A stretch of DNA of 63,780 bases, the filler included, from Octopus bimaculoides (Eukaryota), in the NCBI RefSeq assembly GCF_001194135.2. It is 6 parts of 6 records of this genome, joined end to end, with 100 filler letters (N's around TTAATTAATTAA, not from the genome) between each part and the next. Parts side by side here need not be neighbours in the genome. Positions count along the whole stretch, not along the records: positions 1 to 12,109 come from NC_069008.1; positions 12,210 to 23,470 come from NC_068988.1; positions 23,571 to 31,374 come from NC_068991.1; 3 more parts are not named here. The stretch is one strand, 5' to 3'. The notes under the pieces were generated by a model. It saw only the letters and a list, made by a program, of their open reading frames with translations. It made no database searches and was not told the origin of the DNA. The position numbers and the translations under genes are program-made. Numbering within the stretch: position 1 is the first letter of the stretch; each line of letters opens with the position of its first letter. Positions 11,045-23,710 of this stretch are shown here, piece after piece.

Positions 11045-11826
11045 TGTGTGTGTTTATGTTTAAAGTCAGGATGGACAAATTGCCTATAAAATTGTGTGAT
11101 CCTTCAACTAACTGTTATTATATAGTACTTTCTCTTTCTCAGTCCTTCGCCTTTTCATCTCATTCTCATTGNNNNNNNNNNNNNNNNNNNNNNNNNNNNN
11201 NNNNNNNNNNNNNNNNNNNNNNNNNNNNNNNNNNNNNNNNNNNNNNNNNNNNNNNNNNNNNNNNNNNNNNNTATATATATATATACATATATTTTCCGAT
11301 ATATAAACATATACATACACACAAACACACATACATATATATTCAAATACATACACACATAGGCAGAAATATACTCACACACACATATGCATATATATCT
11401 ATACGTATACTCGTACATTTTGTCGTGGCAACAACATAGAAACATACTTATGCTAAAGTATACATTTACGATCACATACTTAATAACCCTTCTCCTAACC
11501 CAACTTTAAAACAATTTGAAGAGGACCCCTGGACTATAGTCAAGAATGTGAAGTTCCATCACTAAAGAGATTGCAACAATGCAATGAAATAATTATTTGA
11601 CAATAAAAGAAATGACAACACATACAATACTGAACATTTGAACGATTAATTGTTTGACCAAAATGTTTAACATATGAGTTTGAAAAACTAGTAAAAAACG
11701 GCTGATCAATAAATTGGTTAACGGAGTAACTAACCCATTAACTGACAATAACAATAAAGGACTGAACCAATGCATGTGTTTATTACTACCGGCATTATGC
11801 CCCTCCCATGGTTCAATATATATATA

Positions 11827-12109
11827 TATATATATTTCGAGCGAGATCATTGCCAGTGCCCCTGGACTGGCTCTTGTGCGGGTGGCACATAAAATACACC
11901 ATTTTGAGCGTGGCCGTTGCCAGTACCGCCTGACTGGCCTTCGTGCAGGTGACACGTAAAAGCACCCACTACACTCTCTGAGTGGTTGGCGTTAGGAAGG
12001 GCATCCAGCTGTAGAAACTCTGCCAAATCAGATTGGAGCCTGGTGTTGCTATCCGGTTTCACCAGTCCTCAGTCAAATCGTCCAACCCATGCTAGCATGG
12101 AAAGCGGAC
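11827..12109 (+). mobile_element. RTE LINE 3' UTR, 5'-truncated
   Basis: ggttggcgttaggaagggcatccagctgtagaaac...tcgtccaacccatgctagcatggaaagcggac. Confidence 0.85.
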
Positions 12110-12244
12110 NNNNNNNNNNNNNNNNNNNNNNNNNNNNNNNNNNNNNNNNNNNNTTAATTAATTAANNNNNNNNNNNNNNNNNNNNNNNNNNNNNNNNNNN
12201 NNNNNNNNNATATATATATATATACATATTTGAACGTATGTGCG

Positions 12245-12282
<38 letters not shown>

Positions 12283-12345
12283 ATATGTGTGATTATATAT
12301 GTATATATGTACGTTTGTGTATATGCACGGATGTGCATATTTTGC

Positions 12346-12439
12346 AAGAATGCAGTTGACAGTGACTTCGAAGTTTCGGCGGCAATCCGAGGATAGCTCA
12401 TCAGGCTGAATCTTCGAAGACACTGTCAACAGCATTCTT
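12346..12439 (-). ncRNA. Hammerhead-like motif enclosed by 29-bp inverted repeats
   Basis: CUGAUGA (12404-12398), GAA-ACUUCGAAGU-C (palindromic stem III, GUC); stem II irregular. Confidence 0.55.
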
Positions 12440-13719
12440 ATATAACAGTGATAAATTTGTAGTTTACAAAAGTTTAGCATAATCCATAAAATTAATTTTA
12501 TAACCTGAGCATAAAAACAAGCTTTGATATATCGACATATACAAACAAACAGACAGATACACAAACGCACATATACAGATACAGACACAGAGGCAGACAC
12601 ACACAATATATATAACGTCCAGTGCATCCTTATACATCGAAAGAGAATGCTGTTAAGTTTTCTCACGAATTTCGTGGACTGAAGAAAATATACATGCACT
12701 GATTATATAACCTAGACATCATTTATACTAAACCACATGTATTGTGACGTAAGACGATGATTTCTGAACCAACATATGGTTTCTCTTTTAGATACATACA
12801 GGCGTACATATATATATATATATATTCGTACATATTCATATGCCCCGTATTCACGGACAATTGCCTTATTTCAGAGCTTCTTCAATATGAATGGCATTTC
12901 TGATGTTTTGTCTATGTTCCCTCAAAGGATTATTCAGTCTTGCTGTAGATATGCATGATTTGAAGTCTAGGTGACAAGCGAAAGCAGTAACTTCCACTTG
13001 AATAATCAGATCACTATCTGAGATACGTTCCCTGTGAAATGCCTGGATATCTCTTCCATCATGAAATCGCCCTGCGAGAACTTTTACACGCTGCACACGA
13101 TGAATCATACGGTTTCGGTGGGTAGATGTTACTTGCAGTTGGTTTTTTATAGGACTTTAGGTAATTGGAACGTTAAGCAGTGTACACGGTATCGTGTTTC
13201 ACACATCCAACTCTTTATGTACTCGTTGAAGTTCTGATGACGGTCAACCCAAAGCCAGCGCCTTAGGCTTTCGTGCTCAAGGCGACCCTCTTTAAAATTT
13301 GTACAACTTCCTTTACGTTTCATCCACTCAGCACTTTCCAAAGCTATTTCTTCTCTGTATTATACATTTATTAGTAGTTCTTTACATTGCCTTTTATGCA
13401 GTCTTTGTACCTATCATGTGGCTTGTGTTGATAAATATTGGTACATGACAACTCACCGTAGAACTACCGCTTTGAAATCCTGTTATCTCCCACATGCACC
13501 ACATAGCCAGCCCAGTGTTTGTGAATAGACATGAGGAGTGACTGGATAATTGTGCATCTGAATTTGCCGCTTGATATTGATTATGTGCGACAAACACTTG
13601 CGGAAGCATACACTGTACATTTTCGGAGGCATATACATGCTTCAAATAAAGCCTTTAGTACTCTCAGCCTGGTCGTTATGGTGATGCTGCGATTTGTCCA
13701 GAATCACTTTTCCAGATTC

Positions 13720-13995
13720 TCGAGCTGGCAGAAACGTTAGCACGCCGGGCGAAATGCTTAACTGTATTTCGTCTGCCGCTACGTTCTGAGTTCAAATTTC
13801 GCCGAGGTCGACTTTGCCTTTCCTCATTTCGGGGTCGATTAAATGGGTACCAGTTACGAACTGGGGTCGATATAATCGACTTAATCCGTTTGTCTGTCGT
13901 TGTTTGCCCCTCCCCTATGNNNNNNNNNNTTTGTCTGTCGTTGTTTGCCCCTCCCCTATGTTTAGCCCCTTCTGGGCAATAAAGAAATAAGATTC
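13720..13995 (+). mobile_element. SINE family A, well conserved
   Basis: gagctggcagaaacgttagcacgccgggcgaaatgc...gagttcaaatttcgccgaggtcgactttgcctttc. Confidence 0.9.
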
Positions 13996-14068
13996 TCAAA
14001 CACATCTGATGTCTTTTGAATGTGTCGATCTACAGGCGTACGTGCGTACACAAACACACGCAGGCACG

Positions 14069-14113
<45 letters not shown>

Positions 14114-14964
14114 GCACACAAACGCATATATAATTTAAGGTACAGTGTTAAAATGTGAGCTACAAATCGTTTCATGCTATGAGGGACGGTAAATCGGCAG
14201 AATAAAACATTCCACCTCTCTCCAAGCACTCCCTCACTCTCAATGCGCATGGTTTACTATTTCGTTTTTCAAATATAACTAATGATGTGCACTTACTTTG
14301 AATGACTGAGTGCTTGGAAAGAGAAGTTACGGTTTATAAATCTGTCGAAATGCCGTGTCTCCATTGCAGGAAACTTTTACTAGCTCATACTTTAACACGG
14401 TGTACCTTAAATGACATTTATCTCTCACTGGATAGATTACTTTTATTGTTGATTGCACTTTTTGTGCAAACAGTATGATGCGGCGGGTGTAAACCAGCAT
14501 ATGCTGTCGTGCCCCGCTGCTGGTATAGGGGATTGCTTTCTATACCTTGACCCAAGCATAAGGCGGGGCTCCCTTCTTTGACCTTGGAAATGAAAGGAAT
14601 GCCCCGTGTGGATCTTGTTGTGACTATATCCTCCTATGGGGAATAGGCCTTGGTAAATAAAACAAAATTATGCTTACTCATGTATGTATGCATAGCAGTC
14701 AATGTTACGTTTGTGGAATTTCAATGTTATACAGAACACTAGAGTTTATTGATGAAAGGACTCAATAAATTTATTGTTCATGGTTGTGGGAGAGAAATTT
14801 CAGATTTTGGCATTTGATACTTATTCAATTATTGCATATTAGTTTCTATATACTAGTAGTATATATATCTGTACATGACTAAGTATATGCAGGCACGCAC
14901 CCATACACAAACACAAATAAATCTATGTATATATATATTTGTATACATACATACATATATTACT

Positions 14965-15171
14965 CTTTACTCTTTACTCTTTTACTCATTTACTTGTTTC
15001 AGTCATTTAACTGCGGCCATGCTGGGGCACCGCCTTTAGTCGAGCAAATCAACCCCAGGACTTATTCTTTGGAAGCCTAGTACCTATTTTATTTATTTTA
15101 TCGGTCTCTTTTGCCGAACCGCTAAGTTACGGGGACGTAAACACACCACCATCGGCGGGACAAACACAGAC
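14965..15171 (-). mobile_element. SINE family B, 3' half with (GAGTAAAA)n tail
   Basis: (tactcttt)n followed by the family B 3' end in reverse complement; runs into a gap. Confidence 0.9.
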
Positions 15172-17209
15172 NNNNNNNNNNNNNNNNNNNNNNNNNNNNN
15201 NNNNNNNNNNNNNNNNNNNNNNNNNNNNNNNNNNNNNNNNNNNNNNNNNNNNNNNNNNNNNNNNNNNNNNNNNNNNNNNNNNNNNNNNNNNNNNNNNNNN
15301 NNNNNNNNNNNNNNNNNNNNNNNNNNNNNNNNNNNNNNNNNNNNNNNNNNNNNNNNNNNNNNNNNNNNNNNNNNNNNNNNNNNNNNNNNNNNNNNNNNNN
15401 NNNNNNNNNNNNNNNNNNNNNNNNNNNNNNNNNNNNNNNNNNNNNNNNNNNNNNNNNNNNNNNNNNNNNNNNNNNNNNNNNNNNNNNNNNNNNNNNNNNN
15501 NNNNNNNNNNNNNNNNNNNNNNNNNNNNNNNNNNNNNNNNNNNNNNNNNNNNNNNNNNNNNNNNNNNNNNNNNNNNNNNNNNNNNNNNNNNNNNNNNNNN
15601 NNNNNNNNNNNNNNNNNNNNNNNNNNNNNNNNNNNNNNNNNNNNNNNNNNNNNNNNNNNNNNNNNNNNNNNNNNNNNNNNNNNNNNNNNNNNNNNNNNNN
15701 NNNNNNNNNNNNNNNNNTATATATATATATATATATATATATTTCTCTTTCAGTGTATATGCCTATATATATCTATACAACTGAGGTGTGCAAATTTACA
15801 TTCTACATTACATCACCAAAATAATGTAGTCTTCATTTACTTCGTCTTTCACATTTGTGTTATTTTAACAAATTTTACCATTTTTTTCCCCTGATCGTAG
15901 CGATAATTTTGAAAATTGCTTCATATTCTATGACAACTCTATAATTAGAGCTCTATGAAACATATGCATAACTCTTGACGCTTATTTGGTTTTAAAAATA
16001 GTATATACATTTATACTGTTGCATTTATCAGCAGCATATTTCTAATAAAAATTTCCTAAGTTATATCACACCATTTTGTGTTTTAAATTGCGTCAATGTT
16101 TTTTGTTTTCTTTTATAGTTTCGATCTCAAATTACTGAATTCAGCTTTGTGTGGGGGTGTATCTGCAAGTATTTATCATAATTTTAATACTTATGATAAT
16201 GGAAAAAAAAAACATCAATGATCTACAAGGTTTTGTCCAAATCAATGTATACGCCTATTCCACACGCCAGGGTTCGGAAATGTTTCACAGTCTTTTTATG
16301 CGTTACATTAACCGAACAATTGTTGAACGAAACTTCGGTTCCGATATGTGACATTGCAAAGAATATGAATGAGTAACTTATAGCAGTGTCTAAAATAAAT
16401 GCGTATTTAATGACGTTGCCTTTTTGTTCGATAAAGATTAAACCAAAAATGCATAGGAAAAGATATTTCTTTCTAAACTTCCATTTAAAAATATTATTGC
16501 ATAATATTGTTCCTGTTCTAGACGATTCACAATCAAGTACGTACCATTAGTAGATAATATGATATGTATGCAAATATACCAACACCATTTATATAAATAT
16601 TTTTAATACACACACTTGGAAACTTTTATATTTCAATAAATGCAAATTGCATTTAAAAAAAGGACCGTATTTATATACATTAACCAGGTACTTAACATAT
16701 CAACATAACCAATCTAATATAAAATATTTATTTAAGAACTCGCCACATTATTTTTAATTTCGTTTCTAAAATGGAAAAAAAAATGCATTATCTACTTCGT
16801 ATCAGTTATTTACTTTTAAAGGTCTTTTATTTCAGATTAGACTACAGAATACATTACTTATTTGGTTTGTTCACTTGAAATTTTAAACGCGAATACTTTT
16901 CATTATTAACAAAAGTTATTTGAATTAATTTTTCATAAGGTAAGAAAAAACACACAAAATATCACTTGTGCTACACATCTGACAATGTCCTACATACAGA
17001 TTATAGGATAGACAACATTTAATAGTCATTGTAAATAACAATTCTCTATAGATTTCTGATATCATTTCCATAGAAGAATGACTTCGGAGAAACATCAAAT
17101 TATAATGTAAGTATACCCGTCAAAAGTATTTGTGGACTACATCAAAATTAGAAGCAGTATATCTCTCATTGTCTTCATCTGAGCGGAATTCAAGCTATGA
17201 ATACACTGT

Positions 17210-17382
17210 CTACATACATACATACATACATACATACATACATACATACATGCATAAATACATACAGCCGTACATGCATGCACACATACATAAATACATA
17301 CATACATACAGGCGTACATGCATGCACACATACATACATACATACATACATACATACATACATGATGTCTGCCAACTCGTAG
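17210..17382. repeat. (CATA)n microsatellite
   Basis: Direct reading. Confidence 0.95.
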
Positions 17383-18149
17383 ACGAATATGACTATCGTC
17401 AAAGCAATGTCTGTGCCGAATTGTAGATATAATACAGCTTCGACGACACTTCATGACCCTCTCCACCCTACTGACATGATCCAGAGTCAAGCTGAGCCAA
17501 GATGTATTGTGTTAATATGGGTTGCCATCTCAGGAATATGGGGCGGCCATGATCGCAGTCACACGCAATGATCCTTAACATTTCTGATTCCTTTTCATTT
17601 ATATCAGAGTGACCTCTTATCGACATGCGTTCATAAAACCTGAGAGGTGCCACGCTGGAATTCCTGAAGGCCGGTGTTATTGCTAGATAGTCGTTTCATT
17701 CATTCATTCTTTTGGTTTAGCTGCCAATGATCGAATCATGCCACATGTACAGGAATCCATGCTGTGTTTAAATCTAACACTGTCTTCATTTGCAAGTAAT
17801 TATGAAGCACCCCTTGTACCTACATTTGGACCTCTAGTATATTTTTCAGCATTTTCTTCACTAGATAATAATAATTCAATTACAGTCGAGCTATATTTAA
17901 TCATTATGTTGGTTATATAAACATCAGTGATACTTTACCCCAAACAGAAAATACAGGAGACACTCAGTTGTTTTCCAACTAAAACCATTGCAATGATAGA
18001 ATCCCTACCATATAATCTGCGATCCTATACACTTAAACTGAGTGAGGCGCTAATATTCATCTCTGAAATGGTTACATTTGAAGCCTTTTATGAACTATAG
18101 TCATCTTGAGTTAGTTTCAGCTACCGTGACTGTTTCCTTAATATCATTC

Positions 18150-19030
18150 CACAGTTATCTGGGTTCCAGACCTACTTTCTGCAGAAAATAGCGCACCGAT
18201 ATAGATGGAGAACAGCAGCAGCAGACTTCCCTGGGGAATGAGACCTCATGCAAGCCCTTGATACGGACCTCATCATCTAAGCTCTGATATTTCGATTTCT
18301 TTATCTGGGGCCGTGAGTTAGATCATAATGATTGATCTTGTATACTTGGAGCGGAGGCACATGTCTGGTCGCAATGATATTACCACTATATTCTCTGGGA
18401 AAACATATCTGCCCCACAGTTGCATTTTCAAGTCTGAATCTGAACGCGAAATAGGAAATAGCTTCTTTTCCGTTGCATTCGCCTTGGAAACTTTGTCAGA
18501 TTCCTTTATGAATTTGACACCCTTTATTGGTGGAGGCTGGTGTTTTTTAGCCTCGACCCTTTGCTTGCAGATCAGGCCATCGATAATTTCTTGAAGAAAC
18601 TTGTCATGATTTCGCTAGAATCGGACTTCTCCCTTTGTCGGAGAGCATCCATTGAAAATGTGGTTCAAAGTGCAAAGAGTTACTCCACACATTGCAAGAT
18701 GGATCTTTTATTTATGTATCCTAAATTTTAAGTTTGTTTGGGGTTGACAACAGGACAGTGATAGCAAGAAGTAGAAAGGGCAATCCTTCTTGGTCAGTGC
18801 ACCAAAGTTTGCTCTAGAACAGTGGGCGTTCAAGTGATTGGTCTCACTGCATTCAATGATCCTGGTGTGCAAGCTCTATGCCTTCGCCTTGTGATCCAAC
18901 GCAACTGAATCACGGATCCATTGATCTATGAGCCCTTGTCTCTGGTAATGGTGGTTTTCCACTCTTGAAGCTGAAATTTCCAAGGCCTCGTAGTCCTTGA
19001 CAAACAACTCCAACAATCTCCTGGCCTTTC
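18150..19030 (-). mobile_element. Decayed HERO-like (R2-group, RLE) non-LTR retrotransposon C-terminus
   Basis: EIVGVVCQGLRGLG; CCHC finger C-N-V/CGVTLCTLNHIFNGC...RNHD (one frameshift); RLE motif VFPENIVVISLRPDMCL...IIMI*LTAP; several stops. Confidence 0.75.
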
Positions 19031-19349
19031 CAATATGCTCATGCTTCCCTCTTTACTCTATTTACTTCTAAAGCTATGTCTTCATTTACAAGTAGCTACA
19101 AAGTTCCCCATGTTGCTCTGATAGTACCTCTACCATTTAAAAAAAAAATTCTTTGTTATGTTTTCTTGCATTCCACCCACGTGATAATAATGATACAATC
19201 ACCGTACGGCTATGAGTACTCTTTCACATATTCTATTTGTAAAACGATGGAGTCCCCGATTATTTAAATTTTTCACTTTAAATTTTTACATTCTTAAATT
19301 ATATATACTTTCTGTTTTATTTCTTAAAATGTTTTGTCAGTAATAATGT

Positions 19350-19455
19350 ATTTTAGCCTGGTACTTATTCCACCTTTCTCTTTGCCGAAACGCCAGGTTA
19401 CGATGACGCGACACACCAAGACTGGTTGTCAAGCGGTGGTGGGGCTTACAAAAAC
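19350..19455 (-). mobile_element. SINE family B fragment
   Basis: ttttagcctggtacttattc...tttgccgaaacgccaggttacg...gttgtcaagcgg. Confidence 0.7.
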
Positions 19456-20196
19456 AGTCACGAAGACATGAGCACACGCGCACACACATACACACACACA
19501 CGCAAACTAACGCGCGCACACACACACGCGCACACAAACACACACACACACACAACACACACTCACACACACACACATACACACACACAGACACACACAG
19601 ACACACACACAACAAACACTCACAAAGGTACAAACATAATAAAACACACTCATTCCTCATTGCAGGAGGCACCAAGTAAAATAGTTCCGTCTCCTGCTTC
19701 TCCAGAAACTATACAAAATGAAAGCCTATCACACGAGGAGGCTGTGCCTCAGTATGAACCCTCATCTCTGACTGCAACTAGTAATATAACATAATATAAT
19801 ATAATATGATATAATATAATATAATATTATATATATATAAATATATATATNNNNNNNNNNNNNNNNNNNNNNNNNNNNNNNNNNNNNNNNNNNNNNNNNN
19901 NNNNNNNNNNNNNNNNNNNNNNNNNNNNNNNNNNNNNNNNNNNNNNNNNNNNNNNNNNNNNNNNNNNNNNNNNNNNNNNNNNNNNNNNNNNNNNNNNNNN
20001 NNNNNNNNNNNNNNNNNNNNNNNNNNNNNNNNNNNNNNNNNNNNNNNNNNNNNNNNNNNNNNNNNNNNNNNNNNNNNNNNNNNNNNNNNNNNNNNNNNNN
20101 NNNNNNNNNNNNNNNNNNNNNNNNNNNNNNNNNNNNNNNNNNNNNNNNNNNNNNNNNNNNNNNNNNNNNNNNNNNNNNNNNNNNNNNNNNNNNNNN

Positions 20197-20228
<32 letters not shown>

Positions 20229-20794
20229 GTATACACACACACACACACACGCACACACACACACACACATATATGAGGTACAGTGCTTCTAGCTTACTCG
20301 CTCTATGCGGCTTTTCATTCGTTGATCCGTCTAGACATACACACATATGCGCGCACACACACTGACACAAACACATATATACACGCATACCTGCATATAT
20401 ATGTGTATATGATATTTATGTGTGTATCTAAAGATAAGTTACATAATATGGGGTGGCTTGTTCGCGTAAGTTTAAGACGTAATTTTCTTTTGCACAAAGA
20501 TATTTCAATATAATTTAACACAACGAAACCATAAACCATTAATGCCATTAAAAGACAATATCGGTGGACGATTAAAGCAGGAAGCAAATAGATAAAATAA
20601 TTTTCCTTCTACTCAAAACCGTGATAATCTTTAATAATTCATTTAACATAACTAATCTTTAAACTCTAGCCAAATGCGTTGCGTAGAGCATAACAAATAT
20701 AGATATACGTGCTCGCATATATCTGTGGATAAATGTATACACATATATACATATGTATGTGTTTGTGTGTATGCACATCACCCATATGCACACA

Positions 20795-20825
<31 letters not shown>

Positions 20826-20851
20826 CACATAATACACATACATATATATAC

Positions 20852-20894
<43 letters not shown>

Positions 20895-21772
20895 NNNNNN
20901 NNNNNNNNNNNNNNNNNNNNNNNNNNNNNNNNNNNNNNNNNNNNNNNNNNNNNNNNNNNNNNNNNNNNNNNNNNNNNNNNNNNNNNNNNNNNNNNNNNNN
21001 NNNNNNNNNNNNNNNNNNNNNNNNNNNNNNNNNNNNNNNNNNNNNNNNNNNNNNNNNNNNNNNNNNNNNNNNNNNNNNNNNNNNNNNNNNNNNNNNNNNN
21101 NAATATTAAGAGGCAACCAGCTAAAAGAAATATAAGAAAACACACAGTAAACAATGTACAGCCAAAGTGAAATTCCAGAATCATTTTTCAGGTATGAAAA
21201 GCGGAAATATTCCTTAAGTGATGCGTAAATATCAGGCTTTTCTACATGATTGATTCCGCATGAAGAATCATCGAGACAGAAAAAAATCGATGTTTACTGA
21301 ATTCTTTAGAGAATATAAGATTTATATTCAGCCTCAAAGAATTGTATCTTATATCATCCTAAAGACTGGAACATTGAATTCTTGGCAAACTTTGTCTTCA
21401 ACGCACAAGATAACGGAACGCATAGAAAAGTGCTTAGAGCTGGGAATAAGTCTGTGATAGACTGGCATTGTGGTTGGATTGGGGCAATTTGAAAGCATGA
21501 GATAATGTTGGCAATGGAATGTTTTGGCACCAAGCGCCAAAAGGCTTGATTCTTCAATTCAGTGGAAACGGTATGCTGCCAAAATCCAGTTATTTCTTTG
21601 AATTTCTTTTATACAACGGACCGAAAGAAAAGAAAATGTCTATGTTAAAATGAACACACGAACACACGCATATACATACATACACCAATACGCTTACATA
21701 CATATGTACATATATGTGTATACGTTTCTGGGGTATGCATTTGAATATAACATGAATGTATTCATATATCTA

Positions 21773-21882
<110 letters not shown>

Positions 21883-22314
21883 TGTGTGTATATACATATA
21901 CATATATATATTTATATATATATATACATACATATACGTTATGCACTTGCCAGTGTACGTAAGTGTATAAAGAAAACAGATGTCTGTGTGTGAGTGAATA
22001 ACTATATATGTTTGACTATGTAAGCAAGTAATTATATAAGCATATGTGCACATGTATATGCAGAAATATAGCTTTTTAGTTATTTTATACTTGTATGAGT
22101 ATACACATGTAGGCATTCGTTGTAGTTTGCCAACAGACTCATTTGCACTGCTAAGTGTTGATTTTGTTTTTTCCTTTGAAAGTCATCCATTGCTTTCATT
22201 TTCTCTTATGAAAATTAAATGTTATTTTCATTGGTGCATATGTGTGGATGTATATATATATATATATACATCCACACATATATACATATATATATCCATT
22301 TATGGATATATATA

Positions 22315-22357
<43 letters not shown>

Positions 22358-22431
22358 ATACAAATATATATAGCGATATATACAAATACACACATACATA
22401 CATAAATACATACATACATACATACATATAT

Positions 22432-22470
<39 letters not shown>

Positions 22471-23378
22471 ATGTTTTACTATTTGTTATTTGTCACGTGT
22501 AAATGAATGTAGAAGCAGCAGCAATATTTGAGATTTTCTGTTGTAGTTGCTGTAGAATGAAATATAGAAAGAACTTACAACGAACTGCGAATTATTGGAA
22601 CTCTAAAGTTAATATAAATTTAGACTGTCAAACTTATTCAGGCGTGTACAAAAGAACAGATATATGAACGCCCATGTGTGTATGTATGCGTGTGTAGACG
22701 GATAGGTAGATATACACACACACACGCACACACACACAGACATACACACACACTCACACAGATATGCACACATATAGTTTTTAAGTTATAATGTTATGTT
22801 GAGAAATAAAGGAGAAATAAAGCCAAAAGGAACAGGTTATTGCCGGGATGGCCATAATTTCGACTGTTTTTTAAACATGACAAATTCATGCCTGTATCCC
22901 CGTATGTAAGGGATATATTTCCTTTGGAATTACTTACCTAAGTTAGCTACATGCATGCATATGTACATACATACATACATACATACATACATACATAAAC
23001 ACATACATGCATATATATATACATTCATACATGCAAACACACATTCATATACAGAAACATACATTCATACATACACACATAAATTCATACATATATATGT
23101 ACATATATATATACATCTATAGATACATAGATACCCACATACCGACATGTGCACGCACACCGATATGTGCACACACACATATATGTCTTAATTTTCAAAT
23201 GCATGTTCTTTTGTTCAGCACTAAAGCAGCACAAGTAGAGTAATCTCTGATTTAGACTTCGGTAGCTGAAAATGTTCGAGCATTTCCTTTGGTCGTGTGA
23301 TTTCAGCATGATAATTGTCAACCATCATGAGTAGCTTTGAAGCTCATACTCACTCTCTCTCGCACGCGCGCACACACC

Positions 23379-23409
<31 letters not shown>

Positions 23410-23586
23410 ACATATAGTTATGTGTATACATATAGATATGTATGTATATATATATATATATATATATATANNNNNNNNNNNNNNNNNNNNNNNNNNNNNN
23501 NNNNNNNNNNNNNNTTAATTAATTAANNNNNNNNNNNNNNNNNNNNNNNNNNNNNNNNNNNNNNNNNNNNATATTGGTATATATAT

Positions 23587-23710
23587 ATTGGTGTGTTTAC
23601 GTCCCCGTAACTTAGCGGTTCGGCATAAAAACCGATAGAATAAGTACCAGGCTTAAAGAATAAGTGATGGTGTCCATTTTCACTCGACTAAAAATTCAAG
23701 GCGGTGCTCT
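23587..23710 (+). mobile_element. SINE family B, 3' half
   Basis: ggtgtgtttacgtccccgtaacttagcggttcggc. Confidence 0.8.

Noticed and set aside
10093-11475. Many HT/YI/CV/MYVC-repeat ORFs here and throughout the window
   Set aside because: Translations of (CA)n, (TA)n and (CATA)n microsatellites
12154-12165. TTAATTAATTAA island inside N runs (also ~23515, ~31419, ~36979, ~60687)
   Set aside because: Identical 12-mer always flanked by similar-length N runs; an assembly or library linker artefact, not biology
12607-12712. Inverted repeat CAGTGCAT/ATGCACTG containing CTGAAGA and GAAA (possible type II hammerhead)
   Set aside because: Stem II does not pair and three extra nt separate stem I from the core
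21380-21480. FVFNAQDNGTH...VIDW, Tc1 DDE-like
   Set aside because: Two short motifs only, no TIRs, no SPDLNPIE motif
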